The notes below the pieces were generated by a model. It saw only the letters and a program-made list of their open reading frames with translations, was not told the origin of the DNA and searched no databases. Shown one piece after another: positions 53,231 to 64,000 of a stretch of DNA of 64,000 nt (the first letter of the stretch is position 1; each line of letters starts with the position of its first letter). The position numbers and the translations under genes are program-made. This DNA comes from Octopus vulgaris (Eukaryota): assembly GCA_951406725.2 (NCBI GenBank), contig OX597831.1, positions 47,740,001 through 47,804,000 on the forward strand, read 5' to 3'.

Positions 53231-53719
53231 TATCTTTGTTTTTCTGTGTTGTTGTAGTTGTTGGTGATGTTGTTGATGATGTTGAGTCCATTAGCAGTTC
53301 AGGTGTATAGTACATGATACAAATGGATGGATGGTTCTTGAGAAAACTCATGCTGTGTGAAAGATCTATATAAATGTGAACTTAAAGGATAAAATGCACG
53401 CGTGCATGCACACACACGCACACACACAAGCACACACAAACACAAACACACAAGCTTAAGGTTGTCTGTGTGTCTTAGTGTCTGTACCACAAACAGAGAC
53501 AGTAATATATAACACACCTTTGAAGCATATATATATACATATATATATATCCAAATATTTGCCTATAGATTTTTACTGATTGTCAGCCAAAGCAAGTAAT
53601 ATACTGTTCGAATTATTGATTCTATGTAATACTGTCATCTTCTGTAAAGTAGATCCTAATAAACAAATAGAGAGGTAAAGAGATAGAAATGGATAAAAGG
53701 ATTAATAAACAGATAGTCA

Positions 53720-54300
<581 letters not shown>

Positions 54301-54484
54301 CAGTTTGTCTATAGGGAGATTGACATAGATGGGTATATAAACAGATGGTTAGATGAATGGATGACCACTCTGACATGAAGATGGATGTAAAAAATGTAAA
54401 TATATATTTATACTTATATATATATAAAGTCTCTTCTTATTCTTATTTATACATATATATATATATAAAGTCTGCTCTTATTCT

Positions 54485-54546
<62 letters not shown>

Positions 54547-55068
54547 GTCTGTTCTTATTGCCTCTTTAGACAGGCCAAAGGTTCATCTCTTGGCAAGGAT
54601 GCATTTTTTTATAGTTGGATATTTACTGACATATTTTCTGTGGTTGTATGCCAACATCGTGTTGGGCATTCAACCTTAGAATATTGTGGCACCACCATTC
54701 GAGATATTGCTTTGTCCCTTCCATGACCAAAGAGTTCATTTTACTCTACAATGTTTCTTCTTTTTCAAAGAAAATGTGAAGGGTGATTAAAAGATCATGA
54801 AAGAAAAGAAAAATATGAGTGTGGTGGTGGAGATATAGTGATAGTTATTAGATGATGGCAAGGGGAGAGTAGTGGAAGAGAGACAGTGTTAGCAACTTGT
54901 TGGTTGCTAAAAGATTGAGTATTGACGACCTCATGAAAGAAAAGCATTAAAGATAAGTGATGACAGAGTTATGGATAGCAATAAAGGTGAATGATTATCA
55001 GGTGTATCTTGAGTAAACCTCATTAACCAACCACCTAATGAATAATTAATTAATTAATACTAAGTATA

Positions 55069-55121
<53 letters not shown>

Positions 55122-55225
55122 CTTATCTATTTTGGATATATTTGGGGTACTTAATTGTGCCCATGACTGAGTGTTTGCTTCTTCCATGGGTATAAGTAGG
55201 TATTTCATTTATTTCTTTGCCGCAT

Positions 55226-55286
55226 TTATCACTGACGAAAAGAAAGTTCTTATGAATTAACTCTGAAATCGGGTCCGATATGATAA
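55226..55286 (+). ncRNA. Type I hammerhead ribozyme motif
   Basis: ttatca CTGACGA [imperfect stem II] GAAA tcgg gt ccga TA tgataa. Confidence 0.68.
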
Positions 55287-55536
55287 TAATGGAATTTTTT
55301 AGAAATTTCTGTCGGCTTTCTTCAAGATGCGTGCTTATGGTGATGACTTATATGGTTATAGACGTTGTGTCTAGTTTCGGCATATTTGGCATTAGAAATT
55401 TCTTTCTTTTGCCCTTGTTTATAAATTTAACCTTTAAAGGTATTTTTTAATATGCTGGCCATTGATAAAATTTTTTTAGAAAACTTTTATCCTATATTAG
55501 ATATATATATAGATGTATATATATATATATATACTT

Positions 55537-55830
55537 TATTTAAAGCAGCAGAAAATTCAACAAAATCTGTTACTCTGAGTTTCTTGTTGCCGTTCATCAG
55601 ACAGTTTTGTTAGAATGGAACCGATATATCAATTCAATCTAGACTCTTACAAACGCTACACCTTTAAAAAAAATGGACTTGTTTTTTTTTTAAAATGGAC
55701 TTTTTTTTTTTAAAGGTGTAGCGTTTGTTCTAGATTGAATGATATATCGGTTCCATTCTAGCAAAAACTGTCTGATGAATGGCACGAAAACTCAGAGTAA
55801 CAGATTTTGTTGAACTTTCTGCTTTAAATA
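55537..55830. repeat. Inverted repeat with a degenerate hammerhead in each arm (55567-55604 -, 55768-55803 +)
   Basis: ~130-bp arms; ctgt CTGATGA .. GAAA ctc a gag TA acag. Confidence 0.8.
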
Positions 55831-55893
55831 GCCTATTATCTACCACTGGTATTTAGTACTCTTTTTTACCTTGTTTCACATTTATGTGTTTAC

Positions 55894-55929
<36 letters not shown>

Positions 55930-56408
55930 AAATCTATTCTTTTGTATTTTTTAACCTCTTATCAACTGGCAAATACCCACTTCCCTCAATACTACTCCCC
56001 TCTCATTTGAGGGGTCTTTGTTTTGTAAGTTAGTTGGTGATCCCACTGGTACTTGTGCCACAACAAAAGCACCCAGTACACTCTGTAAAGTTTTTGATAT
56101 TAAAAAGAGCAATCCAGTTGTAGAAACCATCCTGAATTAGATAACAGAGCTTAGCACAGTCTTCTGGTTTTCTGGCTTCTGTCAAACCATTTGATCCATG
56201 CCAGTGTAGAAAATGGATGTTAAATGATGATGTTGATGATGACGATTATGATGATGAACCAAAATTCGTAGCCTTCACTTGCAAACAAAAATGAGTTGGT
56301 AATATGCAACATGCTTTGGCTAATAGCTTTAGATACCTATGTAGTTGCGAGTAGGTATATACATTTTTTCAGCCCTACCACCATAAGAGAGAAGACAGCA
56401 GCAGCACC

Positions 56409-56610
56409 TGTGGAGGTGCAATGGCCCAGTGGTTAGGGCAGCGGACTCGCGGTCATAAGAACTCGGTTTCGATTCCCAGACCGAGCATTGTGAGTGTTTA
56501 TTGAGTAAAAACACCTAAGCTCCATGAGGCTCCGGCGGTGGGGAGGGGGTGGGTGAGTGAACCCCATTGTACTCTTTCACCACCACTTTCTCTCACTCTT
56601 ACTTCCTACT
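56409..56610 (+). mobile_element. SINE D head/body, 3' truncated
   Basis: Match to 18040. Confidence 0.8.
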
Positions 56611-56894
56611 TCTTCCACAAAGCAGAGGAACCATGGTGTAACCCACTATGGTGTGGTAAAACTTTTAGACCCTAGTCTAGATTGCAAATCCTCTGTATAC
56701 CCCCGGATGGTTCAGCTCTCCACCCATTAAAAGCCACCGTTTATGGAATGAGGATAACAACGTAACTTTCGTGCAACCGCCAGTCTATTGTGTGTGGTGG
56801 GTGGATCTTCAAGTTGCCACACACATTCTTAGTAGCTTAGAGTAGGTTTGAATTAGAGATTATTCTTTGTGGCTAATGGTGTGAGTCCTGATTG

Positions 56895-56973
56895 GAAGAA
56901 GGAGAAGAAGAAGAAGAAGAAGAAGAAGAAGAAGAAGAAGAAGAAGAAGAAGAAGAAGAAGAAGAAGAAGAAG
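56895..56973. repeat. (GAA)n microsatellite
   Basis: Visible directly. Confidence 0.95.
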
Positions 56974-57664
56974 ACGGAAGGAGAAGAAGCAGCAGCAGCA
57001 GCAGCATCAAGCTATTCTTTACAGCTAAGTAGACTGAACCAATGTGAAACCATGTCCTTTGCTCATGAATACAACATGCTGCCTAGTTAAAGAACTTAAC
57101 TCAAATGTTAATGATTGTGAGCTCAACACCTTCATGCACACACTCACACCATAAATACAGGTAATCAAGTGCATAACTTAGAATTGCTAAGTATTTTTTC
57201 AAAAGTATATGTTTGGTAAAATACTCATATTTTTAAACACCTGCTCAATTGCGATTTAAATATATATAAATATATTATAATTATATTTAAACATTTCATA
57301 TGTACATCTAAACATCTTAGAATTGTGCAGTACTTCTTCAGAAGAATTTAAAAAAAAATACTGATGAATCTTTACTGAAGCACAAATATAATTTTAAATA
57401 TTCAATTATATAAGCAAAAAACATTATACATAATTATGTATTAGATCCTCTTGTTGAATCATAGTCACCTTGGAATTTTTTCAAGATATATCTAGTTGCC
57501 TGTCAATTTGCTTTTCACTACCCCTCCTCCATTTTTCAAGTGTGGCTATGTACACAGTTATGACTGTGTAGTTAAGAAGTTTGCATGTCAACCACATGGT
57601 TTTGGGTTCAGTCTCACTGTATAGCCCTGCAGGAAATTGTGTCCTATTATAGCTCTTGGACTGT

Positions 57665-57707
<43 letters not shown>

Positions 57708-57708
<1 letters not shown>

Positions 57709-58041
57709 TGAGACCCCCTTTGGTCATGACTGACCATGGGATTACACCTAGAAAGTTACCCTCCTAGGCACAAGTCCGGGCAAGGTTGTTTATGGAAGAC
57801 CAGCAGTCCGCCCATGCATACCAGCCTCCCCTCTCCACACCACTGATGTTATCCAAGGGAAAGGCAAAGGCTGATACAGCTTGGCACCTGTGACATTGCA
57901 ACTCATTTCTACAGCTAAGTGAATTAGAGCAACGTGAAATAAAGTGTCTTGCTCAAGAACACAATACGCAGCCCGGTCTGAGATTCGAACTCACAACCTC
58001 ACAATTGTAAGCTCGACGGTCTAACCATTGAGCCATAGGCC

Positions 58042-58045
<4 letters not shown>
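57708..58045 (-). mobile_element. SINE family E
   Basis: Match to 20527. Confidence 0.87.
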
Positions 58046-58113
<68 letters not shown>

Positions 58114-58496
58114 AACCTGTGTCTGATCCTTGCCAGCATGAAAACGTGGACATTAAAACAATGATTATGATATATTGATGAATTTGGATAGCTCAAAGCA
58201 CTTAGTATCCTTTTCCCACTCTCCTTCTCCCTTTCCTGTGTCAACCTCTCTTTCACACTTTGCATGCCTCTCACTCTCCCTCTCTCCTCCTCATCCTTCC
58301 CTATATTTTTCCAACTTTCTCTCCCCATGACACGTTCACCCACACAGTTTAAACAAACATTAAATATGTTTACATTCAAAAGGATGGCTAGGGAATTCGT
58401 ATTTAATCTTATTTTGAATATCTAACTTGACCGTAGTGATTTTAAAATGGCCATAATGTAATCAGAGGCATGTATAATTAAATTTGTGCTTGTGTG

Positions 58497-58505
58497 GAGA
58501 GAGAA

Positions 58506-58568
<63 letters not shown>
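58497..58568. repeat. (GA)n microsatellite
   Basis: Visible directly. Confidence 0.95.
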
Positions 58569-58570
<2 letters not shown>

Positions 58571-60280
58571 AAGAGTCTGAAGTGTAGTGTTTATTTTGTT
58601 CCTGTCCAGTGAACTTTCTATTTTACCTCCATCACTTTCTGTTGAGCTCTTTGCTTATGTGATCATCACCATCACCATTATCATTATCATCGTCATCATC
58701 ATCATCATCATCGCTATCATCATCACCATCAACATCACTGTTATCATCATCATGTTGTTTTTGTTGTTGCTCTTTTCCGTCTTTTTCTTTCTTCTTTGGC
58801 TGGCATTCATTACAGGTTGATACTTAGCTTGTTGACAATGTTCTGCAGTTTCCTCACGTATAGTATATCTTGCGTCATTTAACAAGTCCTTGTAAGTGAA
58901 ATGACACCTGTGAAGAACGGGTCCTGTAAAGTGGGAGGTGTAGTTTACATAAATGTTGTTACTGTAGTGAAAGAAAGAAGTAGTCCAATATTTAGGAAGT
59001 ATTGCAATCGTGGTGTATAAAACATACACTCTTCTTTGATGAAGAGCCAGAGCTCAAAATATCAGACCAAATATTTTACTCACTGATTATATATTATATA
59101 TAAACAACTTTCATCTCTGGACTTTACTGGAGCCTTTAAAACTTTAGTGTTGGGAAAATTTAATCATCCTTTAGCATTTAAACCAGCCAAATCCAGCCCA
59201 AATATTCTTCCTGTTTTGCACTCAAGTGGGCCAGATCTGGCCTCTCACACCTATCCTACAACACCATTCTAACAATTGACATAAAAATCTCAAAGTTATG
59301 AGAAATGCATATTTAATTCAAAACTATGTGAATAAGTCTTACATACACATAAACACACACACATACATGATGAGCTTCTTTCAGTTTCAATCTATCGAAT
59401 TCACTTGCAAAGCTTTGAACTGCTTGGGCCTATAGAGGAAGACACTTACACAAGGTGCCATGCATTGGGACTGAACCCAGAGCTATGTGGCCAAGAAGAA
59501 AACTTCTTAATCACACAGCCATACCAGTTAATTAAATTCGTAAAGTAATTATATGACTGATCGTTTTTCTTAACCAGTTTAATATCACTGATGCTGCAAT
59601 ATGAGCAAAGACAGGTGAATTGAGATGTGGAAGGAGCTATCCAGACGACCTAGCTAGTAATTCTTATCATATGTTACATATGTTTCCAAGCAAACAATTG
59701 TTTAATAATTTAAATTCATTCATTTATACGTTATAAAACGTCTTTCACCCTTACCCTTGTCTTTGTATAACTTATTTCTTCCCACTCAACATGTCTTTGT
59801 AAGTGCAATATTCTGTATGAAACCAGCGATAGCATTCTGACGAGTTATATACCTTAACCAGAAGTATATTACTTTACAATATAATATATATATAAATTGA
59901 AAGACATAGGAATATTGTGTCTGCCAGGCATCAAGATATTAAACATTCATTTAACCTTAGAATATTGCTTGAGGTATACCTGGTCTATGCCAACAGAAAA
60001 ATGAACATAATATGAAGAGATGCCATCTTTGTCTCTCTCTTTCTTTTCATCTTTTGTGTGTGTGTGTGTGTGTGTGTGTACAAATGGAAAAGGACAGGGA
60101 AATAATGCCTGCCTGACAGCATGATATTAAATCGTCATCTCATAAAATACTGCTTCAAATTGGTGTCTGCTTGACCACTGCCATTATTGACCTTTCTCTC
60201 TTGTTCACTCTCTCTCATACATATATGCATGTGTGTGTGTGTGTATATATATATATCATACTGTAATCTAATTTACATGG

Positions 60281-60316
<36 letters not shown>

Positions 60317-60661
60317 AATAGTAAAAAGTGAAAAAACTACAGAAGGCTTAAAGGTTAAAAAATATATATATTTGCGTCAATGTCTGAAGAATATTAAAAA
60401 ATTAAAAAAAAATTTTTTTTCCTTAGAATGACATAATTTAGAAGAAAGACCGGTTTCGCGTTTAGCTTTTCAAATTTCTTACGACGTTATGTTTATGTTG
60501 AATAGAGTTATCGTTATGTTTATGTTTAAAAGAGTTCTAAATAATATATATATATATATATGTATTTATATATAAAAACATTAAATATTTTGTTTTATTC
60601 ATCAAAAAGAATGCAAGTTATTTGAAATAGTGCAAGTCAATGGTTTGTACTTTTACCTTGT

Positions 60662-60697
60662 ATTTCAATATTTCGGGGTTAGGACCTCTTCAGGAAA
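60662..60697 (-). ncRNA. Very minimal hammerhead-like motif
   Basis: atttc CTGAAGA gg..cc GAAA ta TT gaaat; stems II/III weak. Confidence 0.4.
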
Positions 60698-61009
60698 TTT
60701 TAGGAGAAATGATGTTGTAAGCTGTAGAAACAAAATATAGACCTGTATTGTATCTTAGAACTTGCATTGTTTTGGCTGTACAAATAAAATTAATTAAACA
60801 TACACACACACACACATTCTCTTTGGTTATAATCAGAAATGACTCAGATGAAATTCGCGTTAGTTTTTTAAGTCATCCAAATTTTCTCAACTGACCAACA
60901 GGCTGATTGAGTAAACTAATCAATAATGAACCTATAATAACTACTGGAAACAGCTATAAGTTAAATTTACTACAATAAAAATAATAGGTAATGACTGTTA
61001 ATTATACCT

Positions 61010-61077
<68 letters not shown>

Positions 61078-61320
61078 CATCTGGAACGAAACATATAAAG
61101 ACAGATAACCTGAAAATGGAGGAAATACATTTAGACACATCAATTAAGGATATCCCTATCCCACCTAAAAAGAACTTATGAAAGACCTAATTTAACAATG
61201 TCATATTTATATACCCTGAAGCGATCATACTAATAATGCATAAATTGCTGCATATAAATATGCAACAATATGCAATTAGTATGATCAAACCACGTGTCAG
61301 ACAATTGTTATGAATAAGCA

Positions 61321-61722
61321 TAGGTGCAGGAGTGGCTGTGTGGTAAGTAGCTTGCTTACCAACCACATGGTTCCAGGTTCAGTCCCACTGCATGGCACCT
61401 TGGGCAAGTGTCTTCTGCTGTGGCCTCAGGTTGAGCAGGGCCTTGTGGGTGGATTTGGTGGACAGAAACTTAAAGAAACCTGTCGTATGTGTGTGTGTGT
61501 GTTTGTGTGTCTGTGCTTGTCCTCTCTGGCATCGCTTGACAACTGATGCTGGTGTGTTTACGTCCCCGTAACTTGAAGGTTCGGCAAAAGAGACCGATGG
61601 AATAAGTGCTGGGCTTGCGGGGAATAAGTCTTGGGGTCAATTTCCTCGACTAAAGGTGGTGCTCCAGCATGGCCACAATCAAATGACTGAAACAAGTAAA
61701 AGAGAATAAGAGTAAAGAGAGT
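61321..61722 (+). mobile_element. SINE family A, full length
   Basis: Head to GTAAAAGAG tail. Confidence 0.9.
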
Positions 61723-62193
61723 AAGCTAAAAGGAAATAAACAAACTTTGAATGTTAAAATTCTTCATCCTCTTTATCATCCATACTGTACTTTACACTCT
61801 AAGTAGCCAATAAATAAAGTGTAACTTTGGAAGAGAGTTGAAGGAAGTTTACCAAGAAACATACCGTCTAAAGGAACCAGCCTTGGCATTTTACATAGAG
61901 AAATTTGGTATCTGCCTGGATATTATATCCCTCCTCTTGCTATATATATATATTTATTTATTTATGTATGTATGTCATTGTTCAGTTTTATTTCAAGATT
62001 TCTTGCCAACAGAGAAAGAGCTGGTTTCTAACTTAGATCCAAAGCTCCTTCATTGGAATTTCTACATCAACAACAGGGTATTTTTGCTTGTATGTATGAA
62101 TGTATGTATGTATGTATGTATGTATAAGACTTTTACAAGGGAAAGTTTGACAGACAGCTTTTTCTTTGTGAAAAATTCAATAAATATGTACTC

Positions 62194-62602
62194 TAGGTGC
62201 AAGCATGACTGTGTGGTAAGAAGGTTGCTTCCCAACTACACGATCCCAGGTTCAGTCCCACTGCATGGCACCTTCAGCAAATGTCTTCTACTATAGCCCC
62301 CAGCTGACCAAAGCTTTGGGAGCGGATTTGGTGGACAGAAACTGAAAGAAGCTCATTGTTTATGTGTGTGTTTGTGTGTGTGTGTGTGTGTGTGAGAGTG
62401 TGTGTGTGTGTGTGTGTATGTGTGTTTGTGTGTGTGTGAGTTTCTTTATGTCTGATGCTGATGTGTTTACATCCCTACAGCCTAGTAGCTTTGAGAAAAA
62501 GACTAAAAGAACAAAATAAATAAAAAGTGAGATTGATCCATTTCACTAAAAATTCTTCAAGGTGTAAACCCCTCCATGATTGCAGCAGTCTTATAAACTG
62601 AA
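62194..62602 (+). mobile_element. SINE A (diverged)
   Basis: Head clear, tail degenerate. Confidence 0.72.
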
Positions 62603-62999
62603 ACCCACGCCTGCCCCAAAAAATGAAAAGAAAAATTAACAATTATTGAGTTATCCTTCAGTTTAATGTTAAACTGATTTTATATGTAACTTGACATAAT
62701 AACAATAAAAACAAACATACACACACACATATATACAAAAGTTTATATATAAGCCCCCCCCCATATATATATATGAGAGGTGTTGGTATCCAGAAGACCC
62801 AAGGTGTTACAGAAGGACCATAGTTAAACTCTCAGTTCGATAAAAATACAAGTGAGGAATCTAATGCAGCTCTTGTGTGAGCATGTATATGCTAAATAAA
62901 ATGAGACAACAAAGCCAAGGCTGTGCAGAATTTTCAGAACATTTATAAAGCCTTGGCTTTGTTATCTCATTTTATTTATAACACACACACACACACATA

Positions 63000-63190
63000 T
63001 TGTTGTATCTGGGGAGAATCATTCTCTTTTAGTGCCTTATTATTTAACACACTCACTGGTAAAGTTTACCAGTGAGTGTGTCAAATAATAAGGCACTAAA
63101 AGAGAATGACTCTCCCCATATACAACAAAATATGCATCAATACACGAACTCACATTAAGAATCTTGCAAGCCAAATCCAAAAAAGAAGTA
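63000..63190. repeat. Near-perfect 129-bp palindrome (63000-63128) with 3' extension
   Basis: Centre GGTAAA-G-TTTACC at 63064; family member at 29245. Confidence 0.88.
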
Positions 63191-63257
63191 CAGCAGAACC
63201 TCGGTTTATGAACTCCACTGATCACGAATAAATCATGCGTTATGTATCTCTATGTCT

Positions 63258-63303
<46 letters not shown>

Positions 63304-63541
63304 GCTTACATTAGCAAGAAGTTGAGGTTATAAGAGATAATGGTGTCATTGAGACCCAAAGGTGTCAGGTAATGCTGAATAAGTGCTATAGAAAGACCAT
63401 AGTTAAGTTCCAGATTCGGTAATATTGAGAATAAGGGGTTCAACGTTGATTCTATGTCAGCGTGTGTATATAAGAATTTTTTGCGTAATAGGATAAAAAA
63501 ACCAAGGCTGTATAGATATTAGAGCATTTATAGATAGAAGG

Positions 63542-63591
63542 TCTTACAGCTGTTTCTAGGATATTAATTAATAATATCCCTTCATCGGAGA
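63542..63591 (-). ncRNA. Hammerhead motif with variant core CCGAUGA
   Basis: tct CCGATGA agggatatta..taatatcct a GAAA cagctg TA aga. Confidence 0.55.
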
Positions 63592-64000
63592 TGGTATGAG
63601 AGGAAAAATTAAGTCATAGTTAGTTTCGATGTGATACAAAATAGAGAGTGAGGTGGAGGAAAGAAAATAGATGTAAGATATGTATGGGTATTGAATTTGA
63701 AAATCCGTTTTATAGGCATAATGGTATATATGCAATATTCCAATATCCTTTGAGTAAAATCCAAAAGTCCAACAGAGTTTAATATGAGTCCTTCCAAATA
63801 TAGAGTTTATAAGCAATGTAAGATTCCCTTATGAGTGAGATCCAGCAGATTTTAAAACTTGGTCATTCCCAGTAGAGAATTTATATACAGTGTTGTAGAG
63901 TCAAGGTTTGTATATATATATATATATATATATATAAATATATATAAAGCATGATTTATTCATGATCAGAGTTGTTTGAAAACCAAGGTACTACTGTGTG

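Noticed and set aside
58655-59029. Possible minus-strand host exon (acceptor-like TTCTTCACAG near 58910)
   Set aside because: No recognisable protein, runs into a (GAT)n tract, no linked exons found; needs RNA-seq
59030-59070. Extra hammerhead-like strings (also ~57360 and ~23998)
   Set aside because: Core or stems too damaged to support

Overview
AT-rich, microsatellite-dense eukaryotic DNA. The tRNA-derived SINE families and repeat content suggest an octopus/cephalopod genome (inference, not searched). I can support no host protein-coding gene: most ORFs in the track are translated microsatellites, SINEs or TE remnants. The window is a graveyard of mobile elements. Positions 1-6530 form a nested stack. 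A CR1-group LINE is interrupted by a Gypsy element lacking RT/RNase H, by a probable solo LTR, and by a TSD-flanked L1/Tx1 fragment that carries a Helitron. The Gypsy gag contains a U6 snRNA-SINE chimera. Also present: mariner, pogo/Tc2-like and hAT relics/MITEs, three mosaic Helitrons, at least five SINE families (labelled A-E here) with swapped heads and tails, and a 4-copy SINE array. About ten minimal type I hammerhead-ribozyme motifs occur, several inside Penelope-like fold-backs next to microsatellites. Most notable: the U6-SINE chimera, the hammerhead set, the SINE/LINE shared 3' tail and the modular SINEs/Helitrons. All calls are by eye; SINE and degenerate-element boundaries are approximate.
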